Assembly: GCA_963786375.1 (NCBI GenBank)
Contig: CAWAYP010000010.1
Span: 256,660 to 320,659 of the forward strand
Length of the DNA: 64,000 bases
From: an uncultured Verrucomicrobiae bacterium
GTDB taxonomy: Bacteria > Verrucomicrobiota > Verrucomicrobiia > Limisphaerales > UBA11358
Reading direction: 5' to 3'
Shown here: piece after piece, positions 10,058 through 17,985 of the stretch
Position numbering within the stretch: the stretch's first letter is position 1
How the letters are laid out: every line of letters starts with the position of its first letter
The notes under the pieces: model-generated
Told to the model about the DNA's origin: nothing
The model's input: only the letters and a program-made list of their open reading frames with translations
The model's database searches: none
Program-made: the position numbers and the translations under genes

Positions 10058-10176
10058 AACCAACAGTCGTATATTGAGGCCACATTTTGTTGATTGCAAA
10101 CGACTTAAAAAATGCTGCTTGGGTTCAAAGTCCGGTTTGGATATACAACCAATAGTCGTATAATAACAAGTTAGGC
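10058..10176 (+). other. candidate attI site: two 18-bp direct repeats plus a crossover core ending AACAAGTTAGGC
   Basis: AACCAACAGTCGTATATT (10058-10075) and AACCAATAGTCGTATAAT (10147-10164). The core GTTAGGC lies at 10170-10176. The end TAATAACAAG|TTAGGC resembles the attI1 simple site ...AAAACAAAG|TTAGGC (from memory). Confidence 0.45.
10137..10164 (+). promoter_or_regulatory. candidate cassette promoter (Pc-like): TTGGAT - 16 nt - TATAAT
   Basis: A perfect -10 hexamer TATAAT lies at 10159-10164, and a TTG-containing -35 lies at 10137-10142. Both sit just upstream of the attI crossover and point into the cassettes. Confidence 0.4.
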
Positions 10177-10185
10177 ATCACTGCC

Positions 10186-10617
10186 ATGCCCGCAAGATAC
10201 TCCAAGACATTTCGCAGCGGCACACCGGAATATCCGACGCCACGCTTGCTTGTGGAGCGCATGGTTGCCGAGTTGGTTAGCTCCAGGCAGTGGGGTTGGG
10301 TCACGTTCGAGACGAGGCCCACGAAGCATTTCGTGGAGGTTGCACTTGAGGGCGACGATGAGTTGGTCATCAATGCGGCGTATGGATTTTCCGAGGATTA
10401 CCAGACATTGTTTGCCAGACAGCAAGTGACGGTTCCAGATGGCTGGCGAGTTACCAAGTTTAAGAAGAAAGATTGGCTTGGAGCAGGCACGATGCTCTTG
10501 ACAACAGGCATTCGTGACGTTGACCGGATTGCGGAGTTTATTGACCGACTTTTTCCGGCACTTTACGGCGAGCAGGCGAGCTATCAGTTGAGCGGGATTT
10601 TTCAGTCATCACCGTGA
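10186..10617 (+). CDS. integron cassette ORF 1, hypothetical protein
   Basis: 143 aa. The ATG lies 10 nt after the GTTAGGC core, and the stop lies 1 nt before the GCCTAAC of attC1. The 12-bp sequences GTTAGGCATCAC (10170-10181) and GTGATGCCTAAC (10614-10625) flank it as a perfect inverted pair. Confidence 0.6.
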   Translation: MPARYSKTFRSGTPEYPTPRLLVERMVAELVSSRQWGWVTFETRPTKHFVEVALEGDDELVINAAYGFSEDYQTLFARQQVTVPDGWRVTKFKKKDWLGAGTMLLTTGIRDVDRIAEFIDRLFPALYGEQASYQLSGIFQSSP

Positions 10618-10618
10618 T

Positions 10619-10745
10619 GCCTAACACCGCGCTGGAGCCAACGCCGACTGCCCCTTGAGTTTATGGACGGTTTGAGTTATACAACGATTATCGAGCTTGC
10701 GGAGCCACTCGCCGGTCGGCGTGGCTCAGCTTTGGAACGTTAGGC
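10619..10745 (+). repeat. attC site 1 (127 bp)
   Basis: Starts GCCTAAC (inverse core RYYYAAC) and ends GTTAGGC (core GTTRRRY). The inner arms GCTGGAGCCAACGCCGAC / GTCGGCGTGGCTCAGC pair with two bulged bases on the left arm. Confidence 0.7.
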
Positions 10746-10773
10746 TGCATCGAACATCACACCAAATCACACT

Positions 10774-11262
10774 ATGGAAACAAGAATACTTGGTTTATTG
10801 ATAGCATCCACGCTCACGCTCGCCTTTTCCGGCTCACGGGCGGCAGAGAGCATCGTTACACCAGCAATGGTTGGCCATTGGGAAGGAAACGCCCGGATCG
10901 TTTCAGCTTGGTGTCACCAAACGAACCTTCCCGTTAAGGTGGACATCCACGCCGATGGAAGCGTGACTGGCACCGTCGGGGATGCCAAGCTCACGGAGGG
11001 TCGTTTCGAGTCGAATTGCGGTTGGTTGGGCCGTAAGTTGAATCTGTATTCGGACTATATTATCACTGGAGGTCTTGACGGTGCCATCGTCACGGCGGAG
11101 AACATCACACGCTCCAGCGTAAAGATGCCGCTTAACTTTAGCGACGGCACATTTGCAGGCGGAGTCAATACGAGCGGTTCAGGGCTTGAAGGCTCTGATG
11201 GAAAAAAAGGAGAAGGACATTGGCTCGCCGCTGGTGGTTTAACGCTGACTCGTTCACCATGA
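10774..11262 (+). CDS. integron cassette ORF 2, secreted hypothetical protein
   Basis: 162 aa with a signal peptide (LLIASTLTLAFSGSRAAES). The 13-bp sequences GTTAGGCTGCATC (10739-10751) and GATGCAGCCTAAC (11261-11273) flank it as a perfect inverted pair. The stop lies 4 nt before attC2. Confidence 0.6.
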   Translation: METRILGLLIASTLTLAFSGSRAAESIVTPAMVGHWEGNARIVSAWCHQTNLPVKVDIHADGSVTGTVGDAKLTEGRFESNCGWLGRKLNLYSDYIITGGLDGAIVTAENITRSSVKMPLNFSDGTFAGGVNTSGSGLEGSDGKKGEGHWLAAGGLTLTRSP

Positions 11263-11266
11263 TGCA

Positions 11267-11394
11267 GCCTAACACCGCGCTGGAGCCAACGGCCACTGCC
11301 CCTTCAGTTTCGACCAACAAATGAAATTTGATTGTCACGGTTGCATTTCGGAGTCACTTTCCAGTGGCCGTGGTTCAGCTTTGGATCGTTAGGC
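11267..11394 (+). repeat. attC site 2 (128 bp)
   Basis: Same architecture as attC1. The distal stem co-varies (GGCCACTG / CAGTGGCC instead of GCCGAC / GTCGGC), and the same two bulges are kept. Confidence 0.7.
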
Positions 11395-11487
11395 GGCTAT
11401 GCAAACACCATCGTTCAGACTACTGCGGCGTGTGATTGCCTACTTGATTGGAGCCTTCCTTATCGGTTGGGGTTTATGCTGTCTTGG

Positions 11488-11727
11488 TTACGAGGGTTTG
11501 TTTCCGGCACGGATGATGCCCGTGCTTTCATCCTTCGCCCAGGATGGGATCAGCCCCCATCGCATGAGCTTTACCGCCGGCTGGTGTCGTTCATGATAAA
11601 TCACCGGCGCCATTTGTGTCGGTGCGATGTTGTAACGGGGCGCGAAGAACGGTACCCGCGCCATGACGACGCCCATCAGTTTGATCAGCTCGCTAAAATC
11701 TTTCGCAGCCGTATATCGCCCACACAT
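11488..11727 (-). pseudogene. truncated SOS-response-associated peptidase (SRAP/YedK family), N-terminal 79 codons only
   Basis: MCGRY (catalytic Cys2), RYNIAPTQ and WGLIPSWAKD motifs are present. The ORF stops after about one third of the normal length. Confidence 0.7.
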
Positions 11728-12066
11728 GCCAACAGATTATCACACACCCCGGACAATGGCTGTCCAACCAAAAAACTACGCGGGAGTATGTAGATAACGC
11801 AAATTGAGGCTTTCGGCTCCAAAATGGCGTTTTTGGCTAGTAAATCAAATCACGCTGTTGAGGCTGTTGTCCAACATCGCGCTCCTCTTTTGCAAACCCC
11901 TTTTTCGAGAGTGCATAAGGTGAATTTGAAATCAAATAGCTAAAAAATCGTTGAAATCGTGCTGAAAAAAGAACAAAATCAGCAAAGAGCCCATGCCGGT
12001 CGTGGGCGAGATTTAAATGGCAAATTCCGGATAAAATCAGTAAAGGGAAACAACAGGAGAACTTCC

Positions 12067-12849
12067 ATGAAAAATACACGCAGAGCTTCAATCGCCGCAA
12101 CCGCCCTGCTCGGCTTATGCCTGACCCGTCCGGCCCAGGCGCAAATCTTTGTCGCGAACAATAACGATGGCAACAACACGATTGGCGAATACAACTTGGA
12201 TGGATCGTCGGTCAATCCCTCGCTGATCTCAGGGCTGCGTCTCCCTATTGGCCTAGCGGTGTCTGGAGGCAATATCTTTGTCGCGGACTATGGCAACGGC
12301 CTCGCTGGCAACGGCGCGATTGCCGAATACACCACGGCGGGCGCGACCGTCAACGCCTCTCTGGTCTCAGTGCTGTATGAACCATGGGGCATCGCGGTGT
12401 CTGGAGGCAATATCTTTGTCGCGAACGCTGGCTCCGGCACGATTGGCGAATACACGATTTCCGGGGAGACCGTTAATGCTTCCCTAATTTCCGGGTTGAA
12501 TTACCTCTATGGCATCGCGATTTCGGGTAATGACGTGTTTGTGGCAAACGGGGTGAGCGGCTCGATTGGCGAATACACGACTTCCGGGGAGACGGTCAAT
12601 GCATCGCTAATTTCTGGATTGGATTACCCTGAAGGCATCGCGATTTTTGGAAACGACCTGTTTGTCTCGAATAGTGGCAACGGCACTATCGGCGAATACA
12701 CGACTTCCGGGGAGACTGTCAATGCGTTGCTGATTTCTGGCTTGAATGGCCCCACTGGCATCGCCATCGGTCCAGTGCCAGAGCCCTCGGCCGGCGCGTT
12801 TGCAGGTGTGGGCGCGGCAGTGTTGTGGCTGTGGCGCCGTCGCAAATAG
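12067..12849 (+). CDS. PEP-CTERM-anchored beta-propeller-like repeat protein
   Basis: Signal peptide, then six roughly 40-aa repeats (G.IGEYT..G.TVNASLISGL..P.GIA.SGN..FVAN). The C-terminal PEP-CTERM sorting signal is VPEPSAGAFAGVGAAVLWLWRRRK. I chose the start at the Met preceding the signal peptide. Confidence 0.75.
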   Translation: MKNTRRASIAATALLGLCLTRPAQAQIFVANNNDGNNTIGEYNLDGSSVNPSLISGLRLPIGLAVSGGNIFVADYGNGLAGNGAIAEYTTAGATVNASLVSVLYEPWGIAVSGGNIFVANAGSGTIGEYTISGETVNASLISGLNYLYGIAISGNDVFVANGVSGSIGEYTTSGETVNASLISGLDYPEGIAIFGNDLFVSNSGNGTIGEYTTSGETVNALLISGLNGPTGIAIGPVPEPSAGAFAGVGAAVLWLWRRRK

Positions 12850-12874
12850 CGAAGGTGATGTTTTGTTCAGTTGG

Positions 12875-14170
12875 ATGATGAGAAGCACGAAAATAATCTA
12901 TGGAATCGCCTTGGCTCTTACGTGTATTTTGGCAGCCACACTCAAGGCGCAAAATTTATACGTCACTTCTTTTGCCAACGGCACCACCGGCAAATACACG
13001 ACCGCAGGGGCGACAGTCAATGCTTCCCTGATTTCCGGATTGCAGAGCCCCAGTGGTATCGCGATTTCCGGGACCAACCTGTTTGTTGCAAACTTTGCAA
13101 GCGGAACGGTTGGCCATTACACGACGGATGGCGCGACAATCAATGCTTCGCTGATTTCCGGGTTGAATCTCCCTTGTGGCATTGCGATTTACGGGAACGA
13201 CCTGTTTGTTGCGAATAGTGGTGGCGGCACCACCACTGGCCAACAACTCAGCCTCCGCACCAAGGACGAAGCGGAAGCCCACACTTTGCTTCACTCGAAA
13301 AACGAAGCGCACCGGCAACCTGTCCTCAATCTGCGTATTGCTCAGACATATCTGACCGCCACCGACCCCGAAGTGGCGAGGCGGACATGGCAGGTGCCGA
13401 TGGATGAAATGACCAAGACCAAGACCGGCTCTACGCGCCACCGGCACGAAGTAGCGATGAAGGACAAGGCGTTTGACCTGATTCGGAACCTGCCGATTCT
13501 GGAAACCCACTCGGCCCACTTCCTGAAAGTGTTGGAACTGGGCACCGTCTCGACGAATGTTTACTTGCGGCGGATTCACAACTTTGCCTTGGACATGAAC
13601 TGGCTGCCGTGGCCGGTGTTGCCGAGGAAGCAGTGGCCGCAAGTGCGCTTCAAGGAAAAGCGGGCCATCACGCTGGAGGAACACCAGCGCATTATTGAGG
13701 CCGAAGTGAACCCGGAACGCAAAAACCTTTACCAGTTGTGCTGGCACTTGGGCGCGAGCCAGGGCGACATTGCCAACTTGAAAGGCGAGGACGTGGACTG
13801 GAAGAACAGCACCGTCAGTTTCATCCGCAAAAAGACCGGCGTGCCGGTGCTGGTGCATTTGGGAGCAGAGGCACTAAACCTTTTCAAGGACCTGCCCGCC
13901 GAAGGTTTGTTGTTTCCGTATCTTGCGAGTGTGCGCGCCGGCGACCGCGCCACGGAGTTTAAGCAACGGTGCAAGCAACTGGGCATCCAAGGGGTTACAC
14001 TCCACAGCTACCGGTACGCTTGGGCCGAACGCGCCAAAATGGTTGGCTACCCGGAACGGTTTGCGCAGGAGGCTTTGGGACATAACAGCAAGGCGGTACA
14101 TCGGGCCTATGCGAGACGGGCACTGATGAAGATTCCCTCACTGGAAGAATACGAGCAACGGGTGGCCTAA
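12875..14170 (+). pseudogene. chimeric ORF: N-terminal part of a second propeller-repeat paralogue fused in frame (junction near 13230) to a 5'-truncated tyrosine integrase
   Basis: Residues up to ...IAIYGNDLFVANSGGGT follow the repeat pattern of 12067-12849. The sequence then switches to TGQQLSLRTKDEAEAH... with integrase motifs (LHSYRYAWAERA, GHNSKAVHRAY). No PEP-CTERM tail is present. Confidence 0.65.
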
Positions 14171-14291
14171 CGATCCAAAGCTGAGCCACGCCGACGGGCA
14201 AGTGGCTCCGCAAACTTGATGATCGTTGTATAACTCAAACCGTCCATAAACTCAATGGGCAGTCGGCGTTGGCTCCAGCGCGGTGTTAGGC
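14165..14291 (-). repeat. attC-type site 3, reverse-complement copy of attC1
   Basis: The reverse complement aligns along its full length with attC1, with only scattered mismatches by eye. The bulged bases are now on the right arm of the plus strand, so the orientation is genuinely inverted. Its GCCTAAC supplies the TAA stop of the integrase ORF. Confidence 0.65.
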
Positions 14292-14329
14292 TGCTTGGAT
14301 TCAAATTGCAAGTGCGACAAGCTTGGTGG

Positions 14330-14630
14330 GTGAAATATCATCAATTAAGGACCGAGGAGCGGTATGAGATTGCCGCAATGCGGCGGCAGAGTTTGCGGAT
14401 GGCAGCGATGGCGAAACATCTTGGGCGGCATCGTAGCACGTTGTATCGGGAGGTGAAGCGCAATCAGTCCGTGCACGATGGCTGCTATCGCCCCAGCCAT
14501 GCAGTGGAGAAAGCCAGCGGACGGCAGCGGCGTTCCCGCCGAAACTGGCGGTATGGGCCAGCGGAGTTTGCGCCCATCGAGGCGATGATCCGAGAGGGAT
14601 TCAGCCCGGAGCAGATCGTTGGGCGACGAA
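14330..14630 (+). pseudogene. IS30-family transposase, N-terminal HTH fragment
   Basis: VKYHQLRTEERYEIAAM......MAKHLGRHRSTLYREVKRN....Y....A and GFSPEQIVGR follow the IS30 N-terminal pattern. The DDE domain is absent, and the reading frame runs into unrelated antisense sequence. Confidence 0.6.
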
Positions 14631-14636
14631 AGCGTG

Positions 14637-14750
14637 ACCGGGCAGCGCCCGCAGGTGGCCGCGCTTGATCAGGTTGAGGACCGTTTTATAGTCCACGCCC
14701 AACAAAACCGCGACCGCCCCGGCGGTATGAATTTTTACAACGTCACTCAT
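14637..14750 (-). pseudogene. excisionase/AlpA-type helix-turn-helix fragment
   Basis: MSDVVKIHTAGAVAVLLGVDYKTVLNLIKRGHLRALPG matches the excisionase-family HTH pattern. It is cut off where it abuts the IS30 fragment. Confidence 0.4.
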
Positions 14751-15960
14751 GCTTTTGGGCGTGGCGGCGGCGCGACCACATGGACACGCCACCGCACACG
14801 CGTTTTCAGCGCGGTGAGTTCAAGGAAACCGATTTGGCAGAAGCACACAGCCCAACCATTGCAACAATGGTCGGGCTGGAGAGAAGACCGTTTTTTTGGT
14901 AGTTAAATTTTTATGGCGAGACTTTAGTAAATTCGTTTAGGCGCGGATTTTATTCATTTAATTTTTTGGCCCTTTTTTTTGTTTTAGATTTTAGTTTTTA
15001 TTTCGGGCACTTTTTTATCGTTCACATTACCGCTTATTTTTTCGTAATAGGCGTCTCTTGTTCGTTTATTTTTTTGAGTCACGGTTGACTCTCACAAACA
15101 AGTTTCAAAGAACAAACCACGCCGGAGGAAATTCATCCTCCACTTGATCAGACACCGGAGGTGCAAAATAGTTTCAAAAAAGTTTCAGAAACCCTCATTT
15201 TTATTGGATTTTTTCCATTTGGTTCCATTTGAAGTAATTTGCGGGGTGGTCGCGACCAAACTTCGCCGCCTGCATTCCGCGTCAACCTGGCCTCCGTTCC
15301 GCTGTGTGCTCGTTCCGTCGCGTCAAAATCCCCCCGGCCCCCGCGCCAGACTTTCAGCCAACTGGCTTGACGCCGTAAGCCGAAAGACTGGTTTGCCCCA
15401 AGCCACCCTCGCGACCGAACTCCGCCACCGCTGCACTGCGCCCAGTTTGCCGCTCCATTCCGGCAGCAAAGTTTCGTCACTCCGGGGAATTGATCAGCGC
15501 GACCAAAGCGGCTTCGGATTCTCCGCTGTGCTGGCTCCGAACCCAAAGCCGCTTTCGTCACGAAGGGCTGGCGCACCCACCACCGACCTTGCGTTGAACA
15601 ACATTCGCTATCATCATCGGCGGCTCAATTTTGAGCGTGTGGCCTGGCATCCGATGCGGATGCTTTTAGCGCGGACGCCCCACCCCTTAATTTTTCGTAA
15701 GGTTTTTTGGCCATGCACCGGCCAACATGAAATCTCATGTTGAAATGCGTTGATGGATTCAACGCCATTCAACACCAGTGGCGGCGACAGCACCGCGCAA
15801 AATCATAATCGCCATCTGGTTTTGGCGCAGCCAGCGTAGTCACAGGTGGAGGCCGCAGGCACAACCTTGACGACGCGCAGCGAGCCATAAAATTAAAGGC
15901 GATTCGCGCGGCAGCGGGATGTTGAAATATGTTGAACGCCGTTGATACGCCCTGTCAAAT

Positions 15961-16062
15961 TGCGGCAAAATGCGGCAAGTTTTCATGTCCAAAGGCGACA
16001 AATTGCGACAAATTCGTTGCCGCTTTTTGTCGCTTTTTGCCGCTCGTTTTCGAGCCGCAATT
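15961..16062. repeat. cluster of about seven GCGRCAAA octamers in both orientations
   Basis: GCGGCAAA, GCGGCAAG and GCGACAAA (x2) are followed by TTGCCGC, TTTGTCGC, TTTGCCGC and CCGCAA, all within about 100 bp. The cluster lies roughly 125 bp upstream of the methyltransferase gene. Confidence 0.5.
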
Positions 16063-16185
16063 TTTCCTACCGAACCTGGTAGGGGATGGTGTCTCGGTGC
16101 AAAACCTCATTCCTGGCATGTTGCATTAACACTATTTCGCGGTTTCCTCGGTGTGAATATTTTTCTGGAAACAGCTTGAGTCCGC

Positions 16186-17100
16186 GTGACCCTGGGTGAT
16201 AATTCGCATATGATAATTGCCACTGATAGAAAAGTCAACCATGCAGAGCATGATGCACACACTGCATACCTGTCACCTGTTAGTTTGGAGGGAGACAGGC
16301 ACAGGGTATTGGAACTTGATCGAATCTATCACGCAGATGCATTTGAGATGTTCCCCCACATAGAGGACGGGAGCATTGATCTGGTTGTTTGCGATGGCCC
16401 TTACGGAATCACCTCTAACAAATGGGACAGAATCGGTAATATTCAGGAATTCAACTTAAAGCTAATCAGTATCTTCGCCGCAAAGCTGAAAGATGGGGGT
16501 GCGCTTTACCTTTTCGGAAAGCAAGATTGCATTGACTTTATTGACTACCGACCCCTTTTGAACTTGCGCTCAAAGATTGTTTGGTATCAACCAAGCCGTC
16601 TTGCCCAAGGGCGGATCAACTATACGAATAACTACGACATAATTTGCTATTTTATCAAGGGCGAAAGACCGAAGACATACGATCTCAATGCCATTCGCGT
16701 AGCCCAACTCGTCGAGCTGCAGCACCGTCTTCGCTGCGAGCGTGTTCCATCCGTTACCAACGGAAAGTTCGGCAAGACAAAGTTCAATGGAGATGGCAAA
16801 AACCCTGGTGATGTGTGGGGCGATATTAAGCAACTTACCTACAAATCGAAGGAATTAGTAAGCCGTAATGCACTCAACACGATCCAGAAGCCTGAACAAC
16901 TGATGGAAAGGGTGTTAAAGGCTAGCTCCGCAGAGGGCGATCTTGTCTTGGATCCGTTTACTGGTGTAGGCACATGTCCTGTTGTGTGCAAGCGGCTTGG
17001 GCGACGTTTCATCGGTATTGAGAAAGATATTTATTTCGTAGAGGCGGCAAACAAGAGACTTCAAGACGTCGCTTGCGATTTTGCTGGAAGACTTTTCTGA
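16186..17100 (+). CDS. beta-class DNA (amino) methyltransferase, N6-adenine or N4-cytosine
   Basis: The catalytic motif IV variant LVVCDGPYG precedes the AdoMet motif I DLVLDPFTGVGTCPVV, which is the beta-class order. The C-terminal FIGIEKD fits. The start is GTG at 16186 or ATG at 16210. Confidence 0.85.
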   Translation: MTLGDNSHMIIATDRKVNHAEHDAHTAYLSPVSLEGDRHRVLELDRIYHADAFEMFPHIEDGSIDLVVCDGPYGITSNKWDRIGNIQEFNLKLISIFAAKLKDGGALYLFGKQDCIDFIDYRPLLNLRSKIVWYQPSRLAQGRINYTNNYDIICYFIKGERPKTYDLNAIRVAQLVELQHRLRCERVPSVTNGKFGKTKFNGDGKNPGDVWGDIKQLTYKSKELVSRNALNTIQKPEQLMERVLKASSAEGDLVLDPFTGVGTCPVVCKRLGRRFIGIEKDIYFVEAANKRLQDVACDFAGRLF

Positions 17101-17102
17101 TT

Positions 17103-17624
17103 ATGGCACAAGAAATCTATCGCAGAATCATAGAGTTGGTTCTAAAGGCAGCGGACTTGGCAAGGTCTATCGGCATCAACAACTTGCTTCAGCCTGGGCT
17201 GGTGAAAGAGATGATAATCGCCGATATTCTCGGACACGAACTTATTCATTCCAAGCGTGATGCGGATGCTCACGCTCCAAACAACCCTAGCGAGAAGTTC
17301 GAGTATCTATCCTGCAAGGAAGGAGGGTCTGGCCAACTTGACAGAATGTTTAAGGAACCTGCATATAAGCGTGCCGACTCTATAAGCCGGATCACGCGTA
17401 ATAAAAAAATATACTTTGCGGTGTTCTACGCTGAAAACCAGACGAAATGCAAGGTCATATATGAGATTGAGCCACAGGTCATGGTTGAGGAAACGGAACG
17501 ACAACTCGACCGAAGCGGAAACGAGATTTCACACGTGGGTTTCTCTGAAAATTGGGCAAGCCGTAACGGACGAATCGTTTATCAGGACAACTGCGGACAC
17601 CAAAACGGACACCAAAGGAGTTAA
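17103..17624 (+). CDS. PvuII-family type IIP restriction endonuclease
   Basis: Begins 3 nt after the methyltransferase stop. IGINNLLQ, LVKEMIIADILGHEL, DADAHAPNNPSEKFEYLSCK and IYFAVFY....VIYEIEP align with R.PvuII. The R.PvuII equivalents are HGINDIFQ, GKLLQVLLITGLTVL, NDAVDNAGQEYELKS and WIFAIYRG...AIYRLEP, recalled from memory. Confidence 0.65.
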   Translation: MAQEIYRRIIELVLKAADLARSIGINNLLQPGLVKEMIIADILGHELIHSKRDADAHAPNNPSEKFEYLSCKEGGSGQLDRMFKEPAYKRADSISRITRNKKIYFAVFYAENQTKCKVIYEIEPQVMVEETERQLDRSGNEISHVGFSENWASRNGRIVYQDNCGHQNGHQRS

Positions 17625-17904
17625 AACGGGTATAGCTGGGTTAAGCCGATTATGCTTGAGTAGCCAATGAATTCGGGTATATTTGAGGTGCAACAGCGGG
17701 GTAAATCGGCCGATTCCGACCCTCGCCTCCAGACCTAACCGTGAGTGCGGCAAAGGTTTGTGAGACTTCCCCAAGCCGGTGCCAGCAGGATTGCCAGCAA
17801 AACGTTACTCTGCCAGAACCCAGCGTAACCCTGGCTAACTCGCCCACTACTCGCTAACGAGGCCCGAATCAATCGTTGTAACCTCATCGCTGAATAAAAC
17901 AGTT

Positions 17905-17985
17905 ATGAGACAACGATACCGGCTCTACCGCCGCAAACAGGGCGGACGCTACTACATCCACGACGATGTGACGGGCAAGCAGGAC
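17905..17985 (+). pseudogene. orphan 5' end (about 26 codons) of an integrase of the same family as 13231-14170
   Basis: MRQRYRLYRRKQGGRYYIHDDVTGKQ supplies the N-terminus missing from the truncated copy, which resumes at TGQQLSLRTKDEAEA. The rest of the 111-aa ORF is unrelated low-complexity sequence. Confidence 0.4.

Noticed and set aside
10619-11394. The alternative reading of the 127-bp elements as generic REP/MITE repeats.
   Set aside because: The ends match the integron core/inverse-core consensus. The 12-13-bp extension pairs with the start of the same cassette rather than with the adjacent sequence. An attI-like site and an IntI-like fragment lie next door. A MITE would not produce cassette-specific flank complementarity. 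This still needs a genome-wide count.
12956-13858. 300-aa minus-strand ORF.
   Set aside because: It is antisense to the propeller/integrase chimeric ORF and has no motifs.
15144-15743. 199-aa plus-strand ORF, with 15148-15576 on the opposite strand.
   Set aside because: The translation is Pro/Arg/Ser-rich with no domain-like segments. It starts in the AT-rich block and overlaps short DNA repeats. I treat the region as non-coding.
15700-16185. A search for a small HTH controller (C) protein gene upstream of the PvuII-like R-M pair (ORFs 15929-16129 and 15970-16179).
   Set aside because: Neither translation has a helix-turn-helix pattern. Both overlap the octamer repeat field.
17625-17904. 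ORF-free 280 bp after the restriction gene, containing CCTAACCGTGAG (similar to the GCCTAACGTGAG next to 18801). I examined it as a possible attC for an R-M cassette, and for group II intron or retron RNA features.
   Set aside because: There is no matching GTTRRRY core, no convincing long hairpin, no GTTAGGC upstream of the methyltransferase, and no intron domain V or reverse transcriptase.
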